Below, in pieces: positions 10,608 through 22,969 of a stretch of DNA of 64,000 nucleotides. A program made the translations under genes and the position numbers. The notes below the pieces were generated by a model. It ran no database searches and was not told where the DNA came from. It was given only the letters and a program-made list of their open reading frames with translations. The first letter of the stretch is position 1; each line of letters opens with the position of its first letter. Source of the DNA: an uncultured Planctomycetota bacterium (GTDB taxonomy: Bacteria > Planctomycetota > Planctomycetia > Isosphaerales > Isosphaeraceae); NCBI GenBank assembly GCA_963845755.1, contig CAWJTV010000005.1:160001-224000 (forward strand), written 5' to 3'.

Positions 10608-12855
10608 TCAGACCCATCCATGGCGCTTTCGAAGCCACCACTCGATGACCAGGAGGGCAGTAAATATCAGGAGGAACGGCCAGTTGTCATAGACGACGTA
10701 TTCCGAGAGGCTGACGTTCTCGGTGTAAGCCGACCGGTCTAGACCCTTGAGGTAGTTGGTGAGCCGCTCCGGGGCGAGGGCCTCGCCATCGGTAATTGTT
10801 GCGATCTGCTGGGCAAGAGAGCGGTCGGCGGAGGGATTCTCGAGTTCGCGGTCATCCTGGTAGACGAGGAAACGGCCGCTGTCACTGCCGATCTGCTGCC
10901 CGTCCCGACGAGCCACGACCGTGACCGTGTAAGTACCGGGCACACCCACCTGCTCGGTGGCATAAACCGCGCCCTTGCCTTCCTCTCCTTGGTTGTAGAT
11001 CTCGACCGGTCTGGAGACGGGCGGATCGGCCTTGTCGCGCTGGACCTTGGCTTCATAAACGACGTTGGGGATCGACGCCCCCTTGGAGTCGCGGGCTGTG
11101 ACTGTCAATTCGACCTTCTCCCCGACGGCGACCCGGCGGGGGTCGAGGGTCAGCTTGACCTGATTATCCCCCTCGTTCTCCTTGTGTGAAAGCCAGAAAA
11201 CGACCTGCCTCCAGAACTTGCGATGGGCGAGCCGGCTCTCCTCCGAGAATCGGTACCAGACCCATGTGTCGCCGCCGTATGCGATGACACGACCGCCGCC
11301 GACTTCCATATCCACCATCAAGGGCTCGGGATTGGGACCCGGCGTCTCGGCGATGATGTTGGCGCCGATCTTCGGCTCGAACCGGTTCGTCCCGAGGATC
11401 GGAGGCATCATGTCCCAGATCCGAGCGGTCTCGGTCTTGTTGGCGCCGACCTGAAGGACGTAGCTATTGAGACCTTTCGTGTTGGGGACGAACTTGAGGC
11501 CGACTTCCGGCTCGTCCTGCCCGTCGCCGCGATGAATTTGAACGGGGAGGATTGCCGCCAAGGGGGTATCAGCCCATTCGCCGGCTCCGAAGCTGGAGTG
11601 TCCGCCGAGCATCATCAGCCCGGCCCCTTTCTTTACGGCCTCGACCAGCAATCGGTGCTGTGTCGGGGTCAGGTAGTCCGCAGGCAGATCGCTCAGGACG
11701 AAAAGATTGTAGCGGCCGGGTGCGAACTCGGCGTCGTTGACCGAGCCGGCTTGGCCCTGTACGGGCGCCCGGATCAGCACTCCCTCGACCTGAATGTCTC
11801 GCGATCCGGCGAGCGAGCCGCATCATGTACTTGTAATCCCAGGACCAGTTCGAACCTTGGAGGAACAGGACGTTCAGGCCGCCACTCAGGACCGTTACGA
11901 ACGTGCTGATCTCGTTGTTCGTCTTGACGAGTTCGCCGTCCTGAACGGCCACCTTGAGCGTGACCTTCTTCTCGCCGGGTGTCTCGGGTATGAACTCCAG
12001 ACCGGTTATGGGAATGACATCGCCGGTCTCGGGGACCTTCACGCGCTTCTTCGCCACGGCCACCGATTTGTCCTCTACCCATAGCTCGACGTCGAGGGTT
12101 CGGTTGGTGAACCCGTGTGCCTGGAGCGTGCCCCGGACCTCGATCTTGTTCTTGACGAACCCGGTCGAGCTGCTGGCGATGTCGCGCATGCGGAGATCGC
12201 GCGAGCCGGCGCCGGCGGCTCTCGGTTCCCAGGGCGACCGTGACCACGGGAACCCCGTTCCTCTTCATCTGGCGCGCGGCCACCATGGGGTTGACGCCGT
12301 TGTTGGAAGCGAAGTCCGAAAAGACGATCATCCGGGCAACCTTCCGGCCTGTCCCCTCCTGGCGTTTGAAAGCTTCCAGCATCGCCGCGCCAGCGCGCTC
12401 GAGCGCCCCTTGGGCTCGGACTTGGCCATCAAGTCAGCTTCCTTGGGCTCGCCGAGGCTCGCATCGAAAATGTAGACCCTGGCGTCGAGGTCCGGCGAGA
12501 GGGGCTTGGCGGCCTCCATCGCCTTCCCCAGGATCTCGGTCGCGACCATCCACCGCGTCTGGCTCCGGACCTCGTCGGTGAAATTCATGCTGCTGCTGTC
12601 GTCCAGGAGGAAGATCAGTGAGGAGGCTTGCTTCTTCTTCTCCTGGAGGGTGACGGAAGGGCGCAAGGCCGCCAGCAGGCAGAGGAAGATCGCGAGGAGC
12701 CGTAGCGTCAGGGCCACCCATCGCCACCCGCCGCTCGTGCCCCGAAGTCGGCGACGATAGGCCCACAGGGTCATCAACGTCACCGTCCCAATGACTCCGA
12801 CCAAGACCGGCCAGGGGACGATCGGACTCACGCTGACGCTGAATTTCGGAATCAT
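10608..12855 (-). CDS. membrane-anchored VWA + glutamine-amidotransferase-like (DUF1355-type) protein, several frameshifts
   Basis: N-terminal TMs; MIDAS-like LLDDSSSM; IVFSDF; GAGLMMLGGHSSFGAG; C-terminal EWWLRKRHG; spread over four ORFs. Confidence 0.8.
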
Positions 12856-12886
12856 GGTGCACTTCCTCCTCGCTTCGCTTCGGAGA

Positions 12887-12914
12887 GGATGGAGGCTGAA
12901 GGATGGAGGCTGAA
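12887..12914. repeat. perfect 14-bp tandem repeat (ggatggaggctgaa x2) in an intergenic spacer
   Basis: Read directly at 12887-12900 and 12901-12914. Confidence 0.85.
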
Positions 12915-13002
12915 AAGGAAAAGTATAGAGTGATCAGTTGTTTAGCATGCTGAAAATCAATTGTTTTTCATGCTTCATTGCTGATCCTTTGCCGAAGGAG
13001 GA

Positions 13003-15224
13003 TCAAGCGACCGCACGAGCCGTGGTCGGCTGCGGGGCTTCCTTGTAAAAGGTGTTGGCCAGGAAGTTCTCCAGGGTGACCACGATCAGGATCAGGAACA
13101 TGAGCCAGGGGAATGCCTCGTAACCGTACCGCGCGAGCGTCTCCTCTTGGACGAACGCCTGTGCGTTCTCGGCCAGGACATAACCATCCTTGCCGAAGAT
13201 TGTGTCGAGGTCGGTCTTCTGCAGGAGGGCGAACTGGCTCTCCTGGTGCGGCGAGTTGAGGCTGAAGCCGAGCGCGACGTTTCGTTTGTCGTCGGTCATC
13301 CCGCTCACGGCCCACTGGCCCGGGAGCTGTGCGTTCGGGATCTCCAGGTACTCATGGCCCGAGGGAACCAGAGAGTCGGTGATCTTCTTGTCCGGAGCGG
13401 TGACGGAAAACCGCGCGATACGCAGGTTGGGATCGAGCTTCAGGAACACGCTCTCGCCGGCCTCGAAGTTGAGCTGTTCGGATCCGGTCCCGGCCATGTA
13501 AGGGACGGTCAGATTCATCAACGCGGTGAAGCACCAGAAGGAGGAACTGGGAAGCTCGTTCCAGGCCTCGGGGTCGGTTCGATACTCTCTGCGCGAGAGC
13601 GGGGTGGTCCAGAGCAGTACGCGCCCGGTCCTGGGGCCCTTGAACGCCCGCTCGATCAGGGCGGGTGCTCCGTCGGCGAAGGTCATCAGCGTGCGCGTGC
13701 CTTCGATCGGCTGAGTCGTCGGCTTGATGGTCCAGTAGCGGAACACCGGGATCTGGGAGAGTTGACTGTCCAGGTCTTTGCCATACCTCGAGAACAGCGG
13801 ATGTTCGACGTCGGTGAGCTTGCCGAAGGAAATATCCGGGTTGATGGTCTTTCGCTTCTCGACCTGCGCCGGCAGGAGTTGGGCGGGAGTCTGGCCGTTG
13901 TAATTCGCGGGATCGCATCGGTTCCCCATTCCCACGACGAGTCCGCCCCCCTGGCGGACATAACCGTTGAGCGCCCCCCAGTCGAAGTCGTTGAGTTGAT
14001 TCACGTTCAGCAGGAACACGCATGAGTAGCCGTCCAGTTTCTCCTTGTCGAGGCGGCTGAAGGCCGAGGACAAGACCAGATCCACCTGGTTCGATCGTGA
14101 GGTCAACGGCGAGGAATCCGGGTCGATCGCGGCGATCACGAACTCGGCGTCGGCCGGGCGATCGTAGATGACCAGGACTTTCAAGGGCGGGCGGATCTTG
14201 AACGAGAAGTACCGGCGATCATCGTCCTCGAGCGGGTCAGGGGTTCCGCTGAGCACGACGTAACCGCGATGAAGGACGTCCTGGGTGAGCTGTGCTGGAG
14301 CGGGAAAGCTGACCTCGACCTGACCGTGAGGCGGGATCGGAATGGTCTTCTCGCCCTTTTTCACATCGTCGAGGTAGAACTCGACCGTCCGGGTTGCCGG
14401 TGGCGCCTGCGAGGCTTCGCTGGACGTGTAATATTGAATGCGAGAACGAATCTCGATCGATTCACCTTGAATGGCCACGCTGTGGGACGGCTCGGCCAGG
14501 TCAACGGAGACGTTATGGATCTCCTCGGGCGTCAGCCGGTATATGAGTGTGGCCATCTTGGCACCTTTGGCCGCCTTGATCTTGGCGACCTTGTCGAGCC
14601 CCTCGGCCGGCTTGTCGGGGTTCCACGCCGTCCGGGCGAGGTCGGTCAGGACATAGACGAGGTGGACCGGCTTGTCGGAGTCGGCGACCGCGCCATAAGC
14701 CTCCCCCACTGCGACGTTCAGCTTCCGGCTGGTGGCATGCGCGGTCAGGCCGTCGATTCGCTTCAGGGCGGCCGCCGGCGATAACCCGGTCACTCCCGGC
14801 TCGAATGAGTCCACGACGAACACCAGGCTCGAATCCGGGAGCTTTTCCACGATTTCGCGCGGCGCTCCTTGGCCTCGTCCAGCCTCGTCTTATCCTTGTC
14901 CTTGTACTTCATGGACAGGCTGGTGTCGAAGACCAGTCCCAGCGCCGTCGGGACCGACTGGTCTCCCAGCGGGACCTGGGAATAGATCCGGGGCCTGGCC
15001 AATGCCAGCGCCATCAACGCCAGCACGGCCATCCTGGCCAGCAGCAACAGCCAGTTCTTTACCCGCATTCGCTTCTTCGACCGGCGCTGACGCTCTCGGA
15101 TCAGGCGTATGGCCGGGAAAATCACATGCTTGGGCGTCTGCCGCATGAACAAGTGGAGGATCACTGGCAGAGCGGCCAGGGCCGCACCCGCCGCCAGGCC
15201 CGCATGCATCAACGACATTTCCAT
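13003..15224 (-). CDS. BatA (aerotolerance regulator N-terminal) + VWA domain protein, frameshift near 14860
   Basis: ALPVILHLF...FPAIRLI...LLLLARMAVLALMALALARP; VFDTSLSM MIDAS motif; C-terminal TM ending ENFLAN. Confidence 0.85.
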
Positions 15225-15245
15225 GGCCGGTGGCTCCGTGATCAA

Positions 15246-16143
15246 TCAAGCGCGGCCTTGCCGCGTCAACAAATAGCTCATCAGCGCCTTGTCGAACGGC
15301 ATCCCGGTGTGCAGCGGGACGTAGTCGATACGTGCCCGAACGAAGTCGGTTCGATAGGTCGAGCGGAACCGCTCCACCTCCTCGAGGTAATCGACCTTGA
15401 TCGCATCAGCGTCAACCTCGAGGACCTCGTGTGTTTCGTTGTCTTCCAGCCGCATCATCCCTTGGAAAGGGAACTTGGCTTCGGCTTCATCCAGGATGTG
15501 GAAGATGATGATGTCGTGACCGGAGAAACGTAACCGATGCACTGCCCTGAGGATCGAATCCGTGTCACCCAACAGGTCGCTGAAGATCATGACGAGGCTG
15601 CGATGCCGTAGCATGCCGGCGACCTGATGCAGGCTCGCCTCGATCTCGGTCGTGCCCTCGGGCTTGAGCTTGGCCAGTAGCGAGAGGATGTTGCCGAGCT
15701 GCGAACGCTTGCTCCCGGGCGCCAGGCTCTGGGAGACCTTTCGGTCGAAGGCGATCAGACCGACCGGGTCCTGCTGGTGGATCATCAGGTAGCACAAGGC
15801 CGCCGCCAGACTGATGCTGTATTCGAACTTCGTCAGTTCCTGCCGATAAGTGTAACCCATCGAACCGGATAGGTCCATCACCAGATATCCGGTCAAGTTC
15901 GTCTCAGCCTGGAACTTCTTGATGTAGAACCGATCGGTCTTCGCGAATACGTTCCAGTCGATGTCCGAGATGTTGTCTCCCGCGGTGTACTTACGATGCT
16001 CCGAGAACTCGACCGAGAACCCGTGGAACGGGCTGGCATGCAGACCGGCGATGAAGCCCTCGACGATGAACTTGGCGCAAGTCCAGCCGAGAGACCTGGC
16101 GGATCACTTCGGGTTTTAGGTATTTTTCGGCGTTACCGGCCAT
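15246..16143 (-). CDS. DUF58 domain protein (MoxR-associated VWA-like), frameshift near 16075
   Basis: GLHASPFHGFSVEFSEHRKY, IDWNVFAKTDRFYIKKFQAETN and MDLSGSM motifs. Confidence 0.9.
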
Positions 16144-16467
16144 GATCAACCCTTCAAGGTTGCGAATTCGGGGCAGATGGTCCACGGATCGAATCGGAGA
16201 GTCAATTCCCGGATCACGCGATGGTTCTGGATATTTCGCAACCCACGATCAATACGCGTTTTTCGCAGATCCGGATCATTCTGTTTAATCCTTCCGAACT
16301 TGTGGACCGACGATCAGTATTCATATCGAGAAGGCTTGCATGCGCGCCACCATTGTTATCGATCAGGGAGTCAGATTGGCTCGTCAGGCTCATTCAGCAG
16401 ATTCGGCGCCCGGTGCTCAGGCTCACTTTTCGGTAAACTCATGCTAATTTGCCCAGTCTGACCAAGA

Positions 16468-16602
16468 TTGGGTTCGTTTTCGCATTTCTGACTCAAACCA
16501 GTCCGATTCTGGGTTCGTTTTCGATTGGGGCCGTCGTCGAATGTAGGTTCGCTTTCTCAATCAGCAATAGCCAAAGCCCGCGGTTGGGTTCGTTCAGCGC
16601 AT
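16468..16602. repeat. array of four short direct repeats, consensus TGGGTTCGTT
   Basis: Copies at 16469, 16510, 16544 (taggttcgct) and 16585 in a ~1.1-kb non-coding gap. Confidence 0.7.
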
Positions 16603-17232
16603 TTCGGATTCGATGATCGCAGGATTCTACAACTCGGGATTCTCCATGCCTCCACACCTGCTTCCATTCGGTTTCTCATCTGGTATCACCCCGTACTTCA
16701 GTTGCTTGCGCACCCCGATCGCTCAACGGAAGGTCCGACATTCTTAGATTATACGGACTTCCGATGAATCTGGCACCGAGATCCTGTGATTCCGATGAGA
16801 TGAATCCGATTTGCGGCGCGGATCCCTTCCCGTGGTCGGGACGTTCGATCGATCGGAACCGCAAGGATCAAGTGAACTTGAGTCAACCTAGTCGCGAAGT
16901 GGTTTTCGATTGAGTCGCCGTCGAGTGACAACCTTGCCCGGGTGAGCGTTCCTCACATCATCCATGGTACACAATAGACCCGCTGGTGCTTCGTTGCTCT
17001 TGTCCGGAGCTGGCCTCCTGAACGAAGGCGACAGCACGAGGGACGCAATCATGCTGGCCATCGACTTGGAAGATAACGCGGCTCAGGGAGCGCATGAGAC
17101 CGCTGAGGAACGAGCGATCATCGAGCCCTGAAGACCGGCAAGCCTCAAGGGCCGCCAGTGTTCAGGGTGGGGTTTCGACGCCCGTCAGTCGGCTCGAGAA
17201 TGCGGCCTCGGTCAGGACATAGACTTTCGAGC

Positions 17233-18441
17233 TCAACTCAACAGCCGATCGACCTCGGGGAGCAGAGCGGAGAAGTTGATCTTGTGATGACACGCCTCGC
17301 GCGCGGCGACAAGATCGGCATCCTTCCAGTCCCGTTCTTCTTCGGCCAGCTCGGCGTAGGACTCGCGGGCGACGCCTCGCATCCCATGCGATTCGTAGTA
17401 GGTGTAGAACCGGGCGAGATCTCCGAGCCGGGCCTTGGTCCCTCCGGCGAGCGAGCACCGGCCGTCACAGCCGGGACACATCGTCGGGTTCGAGGCCAGG
17501 ACGGCATCGCGAAGCTCATCGATCTCCGCCTGCTTGAGCGGCTCGAAGCGCCGGACTGCATCGGCATTCTCGCGGATCTGCTCGGTGTTCCGGAGGGTCA
17601 CGCAAGAGGCCGAGAATCGTTCGTCGGTCCAGATCGCCTGGAGCAAGCCCTGGGCCGGGGTCAGCCCTTTGACCTTGATCGAAGGGACATGGTCCGCCGT
17701 GAATTTGGTCTGGCCGGCGAGCTGTTTCATCGAGACCAGGCCGATATTCTTCGCATGGCAGGCGTCGAGGGCCTTGTTGAGCGGGGCATCCTTGTCGAGC
17801 CACGGCGTGTACTTGAGCATGATCACGTCAATAAACCCACCCTCTGCGGCGTTCTGGATCTGCTGGGCGATCTTCTGGTCATGGGTCGAGAAGCCGACGA
17901 ATTTGACCTTGCCGGTCTTCTTGAGGGCCTCGGCCGCTTCTTTCAATTCCTTGCTCTTGGGCCAGTCGGTCTCGGTGGACTTGAGGCCGTGGAAGAAGAG
18001 GAGGTCGATATAGTCAGTCTTGAGGGCGGCGAGCCGCTGATCCAGCTTCTTGAGCATGTCAGACGGGGTATTCACATGGCTCTTGGTCGCCAGGAATATC
18101 GATTTGCGGACCTCCGGCATGGCCGTCAGCCAATCGCCAATGACTTTCTCGGAATTCTTGTACCCTTCGGCGGTGTCGAAGTACCGGACACCTTCGAGGT
18201 AGGAAGCACGGAGCAGGCGGTTGAGCCCGGCGGGTTCGCCGACGGTCCCGTGGTTGAGCAGAGTCACCTCGACGCCCGTGTTGCCTAACTTCCGCTTCGG
18301 CAAGATGGGGTTGTGATTTCCCGCCTTGGGCTCCTGCGCGGCCGCGTTGCCGGCGACCAGACCGGTGGTCGCCGCCGTTGCCACCATGCCCGCCTGGAGG
18401 AACACCCGGCGATCCATGGGACTGGAATGCGGTTCGTTCAT
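17233..18441 (-). CDS. aldo/keto reductase family oxidoreductase with Tat signal and Cys-rich C-terminus
   Basis: MDRRVFLQ Tat motif; LPKRKLGNTG, YFDTAEGY, TDYIDL, GKVKFVGFSTH; CPGCDGRC. Confidence 0.9.
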   Translation of the reverse strand: MNEPHSSPMDRRVFLQAGMVATAATTGLVAGNAAAQEPKAGNHNPILPKRKLGNTGVEVTLLNHGTVGEPAGLNRLLRASYLEGVRYFDTAEGYKNSEKVIGDWLTAMPEVRKSIFLATKSHVNTPSDMLKKLDQRLAALKTDYIDLLFFHGLKSTETDWPKSKELKEAAEALKKTGKVKFVGFSTHDQKIAQQIQNAAEGGFIDVIMLKYTPWLDKDAPLNKALDACHAKNIGLVSMKQLAGQTKFTADHVPSIKVKGLTPAQGLLQAIWTDERFSASCVTLRNTEQIRENADAVRRFEPLKQAEIDELRDAVLASNPTMCPGCDGRCSLAGGTKARLGDLARFYTYYESHGMRGVARESYAELAEEERDWKDADLVAAREACHHKINFSALLPEVDRLLS

Positions 18442-18702
18442 GTCTCGGTTCTCCTCGACGCCTGGAACGGAACTTGACAAAACACCCGTCTCCCCCGCAG
18501 AAATATGGAGGTGCCGCAATCTTAAACGATTAGAGTTAACAATTCACTCGAGTGCCGCCCTGATTCATCGCAGTTAAGGGCGCACTCGGTTCCCTGCCGG
18601 ACGGCGCTGAATTACGTCACGCCGCTACGCGGTTCGGTTCAAGACCGTGGTGGTCACCAGCGTGGAGGTCACCCTCGAAGAAGGACGATGGAAGGAGGAT
18701 CC

Positions 18703-19719
18703 ATGGCGGTCATGCGTGTCGCTCAGGTCTCCCGCGCAAAGGGGCCCTTTGAGATTGTGGAGCGGCCGATACCGGAGCCCGGTGCCGGCTCGGTACGGAT
18801 CAAGGTGCAAGCGTGCGGCGTCTGCCACAGCGATTCACTTACGAAGGAGGGGGGCTTCCCGGGTCTTCAATACCCGCGGGTTCCCGGCCACGAGGTGACC
18901 GGGGTGATCGATTCCGTCGGTCCTGGTGTCGCCGGGTGGCAGGCGGGCCAGAAGGTGGGCGTGGGTTGGAATGGCGGCTATTGCGGGTATTGTGACCCGT
19001 GCCGCCGCGGTGAATTCTTCGCCTGCGTGCGAGGGCAGGTTACCGGCGTCACCTATGACGGCGGCTACGGTGAGTACCTGGTCGCACCGGCCAGCGCGGT
19101 CGCGCTCATGCCCGCAAACTTGTCACCGGTCGAGGCGGCACCGCTGATGTGTGCCGGTCTCACCACGTTCAACGCGCTGCGGAACAGCGGGGCGCGGCCG
19201 GGCGATGTCGTCGCCGTACTCGGGTTGGGCGGTCTCGGCCACCTGGGCGTCCAGTACGCCGCGAGAATGGGTTTTCATACCGTCGGCATCGCTCGAGGGA
19301 CGGACAAAGAGCCGCTCGCCCGCCAGCTCGGGGCCTCGGTCTACATCGATAGCCAGGTGCAGGACCCGGCGGCGGAACTCATCAAGCTGGGAGGTGCCAG
19401 GGTGATCCTGGCAACGGCGACCAGCGGGGACGCGATGAGCGCCGTCCAGGGCGGCCTGGCTGTCAACGGCACGCTGCTGATCGTCGGGGCAGCCGAGTCG
19501 ATGCAAATCTCTCCCCTGCCGATGATCATGGGGTGCCGCTCGGTCAAGGGTTGGTATTCCGGGACCTCGATCGACTCGCAGGACACGCTCGCGTTCAGCC
19601 AGCGGACCGGCGTTCGATCGATGAACGAGATCTATCCGCTCGACCGGGTCTCCGAGGCTTACGATCGGATGATGAGCGGAAAGGCGCGGTTTCGAGTGGT
19701 CCTGACGATCGGGGAGTAG
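18703..19719 (+). CDS. zinc-dependent alcohol dehydrogenase (AdhP-like)
   Basis: CGVCHSD, GHE, CGYCDPCRRG...C and GLGGLG motifs; AGGAGG SD. Confidence 0.95.
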   Translation: MAVMRVAQVSRAKGPFEIVERPIPEPGAGSVRIKVQACGVCHSDSLTKEGGFPGLQYPRVPGHEVTGVIDSVGPGVAGWQAGQKVGVGWNGGYCGYCDPCRRGEFFACVRGQVTGVTYDGGYGEYLVAPASAVALMPANLSPVEAAPLMCAGLTTFNALRNSGARPGDVVAVLGLGGLGHLGVQYAARMGFHTVGIARGTDKEPLARQLGASVYIDSQVQDPAAELIKLGGARVILATATSGDAMSAVQGGLAVNGTLLIVGAAESMQISPLPMIMGCRSVKGWYSGTSIDSQDTLAFSQRTGVRSMNEIYPLDRVSEAYDRMMSGKARFRVVLTIGE

Positions 19720-19749
19720 TCAAGAGAAGGCGGAAACGGCCCGATCGAC

Positions 19750-20415
19750 TCAGTAGAGGAACGGCAGCAGCCGCCAGGTGCGCCGACGATAGTCGGCGTA
19801 TCGCTCTCCGAACTCGGACTCGAGCAGGGCCTCCTCGGAGTTCATGCGCACGACGAGCGGCGGGATCAGCAGGAGTGAGACGAGGACGCCGATCGCGCTG
19901 CGGAAGACCAGTGCCCACCCGAAGAGGCCCAGCAGCAGCCCGAGGTAGCTGGGATGGCGGATCATGCGATAAAGTCCGCCGGTCACGAGCTCGTGGCCTT
20001 CCTGGATCGCCACCAGACCGCTGAACCGACGACCCAGAACGAAGACGGGCACCAGCCGAAGGACGCACCCGACAACGAACAGTGCCAGGCCGAGATAGCG
20101 CACCCGATCGCCATCGATCGCCCAGATTTCGCGGCGGTCGGTGTAAGCCGGCAGCCACGCGAGGAGAAAGCCGAGGACCAGGAAGGGCAGGAAGATCCAA
20201 CGATTCCGAGTGTCTTCGCGCCGGCCGCTCGAGATATTGCCACGGGTGAACAACGCCGCGATCGAGGCGACCACGATCGCAACGACGGCCCCGGCCCGCG
20301 CGGGGTGTGCCATGAAAGCGGCCCAGCCGCCCCAGCCCCAGACCGCCAGACCGGTATAGAGCGCCAGGTTCGCCGCAGTGATGAGCATCATGCCCCACTT
20401 CGGCAAGGGTTTCAT
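19750..20415 (-). CDS. isoprenylcysteine carboxylmethyltransferase (ICMT/PEMT) family membrane protein
   Basis: HELVTGGLYRMIRHPSY and EEALLESEFGERYADYRRRTWRLLP motifs. Confidence 0.9.
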   Translation of the reverse strand: MKPLPKWGMMLITAANLALYTGLAVWGWGGWAAFMAHPARAGAVVAIVVASIAALFTRGNISSGRREDTRNRWIFLPFLVLGFLLAWLPAYTDRREIWAIDGDRVRYLGLALFVVGCVLRLVPVFVLGRRFSGLVAIQEGHELVTGGLYRMIRHPSYLGLLLGLFGWALVFRSAIGVLVSLLLIPPLVVRMNSEEALLESEFGERYADYRRRTWRLLPFLY

Positions 20416-20551
20416 CGTTCCGGATCTCCATAGGTTGTAAAATCGCCCCACGAACTCGGGACGTATCCCGAGTCGATTCGCCCGCGGATCGTCGTTATTT
20501 GGGGAGAGAGCCAGGATGCACCTAACGCGGCCTTCGGCCGCAACCGAAGAG

Positions 20552-20623
20552 GAATTCCTGATTCGAGATTCCCGATTCCGGAACGGTCTCCATCGGAAAT
20601 CTGGAATGTGGAATTGGGAATTC
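20552..20623. repeat. imperfect inverted repeat built from heptamer units (REP-like hairpin)
   Basis: gaattcctgattcgagattcccgattcc ... ggaaatctggaatgtggaattgggaattc. Confidence 0.55.
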
Positions 20624-20772
20624 TCAAGATGCGCGGCATGGCGCAGGGGATCCTACGGAGGAAGACTCGAACGGCTCGCACGTCCTCGACCGACCGTTCG
20701 CTGCTTCTCGCCCGATCGCTCCGGTCGTATACTGCCGTTTCATCGATCGCCGTCCATCCCGGGAGATTCCGA

Positions 20773-22660
20773 ATGCGTGGCACTCTGATCGCTATGGCGT
20801 GTCTGCTGGTATCCGCCGGTCACGCGGCCGGACAGTCCCGGCTTACGGTTGACTGGCCGCGCGTGGGGAATGATCACGGTTGCATGCGATATTCCGAACT
20901 GGAACAGATCAGCCGTCAGAACGTGACCCGGCTCGAGCCGGTCTGGACGTACCACACGGGAGAACTCAAGGGTCGTGAAGGAAAGACCATCGAGTGCACG
21001 CCGATCGTGATCGGCGGTGTGATGTACGTCACGACGGGATATCTCCGTCTCGTGGCGCTCGACGGCGCGACCGGCAAGGAACTCTGGCAGTTCGATCCCC
21101 TCAAGGATCATCCGTTCAAACACCGGCCGGCGTCCGGGGGCGTCAATCGCGGCTGCGCCTACTGGTCCGACGGCAAATCCGACGGTGATCGGCGCATCAT
21201 TCACGGCACGTCGGACGGACGATTATTCTCGCTGGACGCGAAGACCGGCAAGCTCGATCCGAAGTTCGGCGACGAAGGCATCCGGAATCTCCGCAAGGAA
21301 CTCGATCCGAGGGTCGCCGGGCTAAGCTATGGACCGACGTCGGCGCCGGCCATCTGGAAGGATTCGATCATTGTCGGAGTCTCCTGTGATGAGGGGCCCG
21401 GCATCGCCGCGCCCGGAGATATCCGGGCGTTTGACGTCCGCACCGGCGCGGAGGTTTGGCGATTTCGGACCGTGCCCCGTCGGGGAGAATTCGGATTCGA
21501 GACGTGGGACGACGATTCCGGTAAAGTCCGAGGCGCGGCGAACGCCTGGGGTGGGCTCAGCGTTCAACGCGGAACGCGGATTGGTCTTCGCGGGACTGGG
21601 CTCGGCCGCCTTCGACTTCTACGGAGGCGACAGGCAAGGCGACAATCTCTTCGCCAACTGCACCATCGCGCTCGACGCCAGGACGGGAAAGCGCGTCTGG
21701 CACTTCCAGACGCTCCATCATGACCTGTGGGACCACGACCTGCCGGTCTATCCGAACCTGGTCACGGTTACCCACGACGGCAAGTCGGTCGACGCCGTCG
21801 CGCAAGTGACGAAGACCGGCTACGTCTTCCTGTTCGACCGCATGACCGGCAAGCCCCTTTTCGACATCAAGGAGCAACCGGTGCCGGCCTCCGACATCCC
21901 CGGCGAGCGGGCAGCGCCGACGCAGCCCATCCCCGTCAAGCCGCCGCCGTTTTCCGCCCAGTTCCTCGACGAGACGAACGTCACCAACATCGGCGAAGCG
22001 AATCGCGCCTCGGTTCTGGTTCAACTGCGGAGGATCCGGGGCGGGCCGGCCTTCAACCCGCCCAGCCGGCAAGGAACCGTGGTGGTCCCGGGATTCCACG
22101 GAGGCGCGAACTGGTCCGGGGCCTCGTTCGATCCGACGACCGGCTGGCTCTACGTCAACTCGAACAATGTTGCGAACATCCTCACACTCGTCGAATCCCG
22201 GTCGAGCGAGAAGACGAAAAACGGGCCCTACCGAACCACGGGCTATCTTCCGTTCCACGACCAGGAGGGTTATTCCGCGATGAAACCACCCTGGGGGATA
22301 TTGAACGCGATCAACCTGAACACGGGCGAGTTTGCCTGCGCGTTCCACTCGGGGAACATGTCGAATTGACCGCCCGCGGAATCCCGCGAACGGGCACGGA
22401 AAACTTCGGCGGCTCGATCGTGACGGCCGGCGGCCTGGTGTTCATTGCCGGTACCAAGGACGAACGAATCCACGCCTTCGATAAGACGACCGGACGACTG
22501 CTCTGGGAACACTCTCTCCCGGCCGGTGGGTACGCGACCCCTTCGACCTACCAGATAAACGGTGCGCCAGTACGTCGTCATCGCCGCCGGAGGCGCCGGC
22601 AAACTGCGAACGAAGGCCGGGGATGCGTTCGTGTCGTTCAGTCTGCGAAGGGACGAGTAG
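20773..22660 (+). CDS. PQQ-dependent dehydrogenase (glucose/quinate type), frameshifts near 21560, 22340 and 22565
   Basis: Signal peptide; RYSELEQI, ECTPIV, VNRG, WHFQTLHHDLWDHD, GGANWSG, TENFGG, GGYATPSTY. Confidence 0.9.
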
Positions 22661-22735
22661 GTTTCTTCCGATCCTAACACAAGTTCTGAGCCCGTCGCAA
22701 AGCACCTGGGCAGCGTTTTCCTGCACTGGGTCCCG

Positions 22736-22800
22736 GGCGAGCGGGGGCGTCAGCCCCCTGTCAGGTCGATCGGACAGGGGGCTGACGCCCCCCGCTCGCC
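22736..22800. repeat. REP-like inverted repeat doublet, ~27-bp arms
   Basis: ggcgagcgggggcgtcagccccctgtc ... gacagggggctgacgccccccgctcgcc; each arm is internally palindromic. Confidence 0.9.
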
Positions 22801-22969
22801 TCTGGGAACCGCCTCCGAATCCCGAAGAGTGCAAGGAAACCCCGGCCGACTGCTCAGGCCGGAGACAGATCTCCCGGTAGACCGTTGACTTGACTCCCGC
22901 CGAACATCAAACTCGGGGCATTGTTAGACAAGCCTCCAAACAATGTTCAGCAACCGGGAGATCTCGTCG

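Noticed and set aside
17158..18288. Long antisense ORFs (e.g. 17158..18288 +, 13147..14025 +, 54434..55999 -)
   Set aside because: They overlap well-supported genes, mostly on the opposite strand, and lack motifs; expected shadow ORFs in high-GC DNA.
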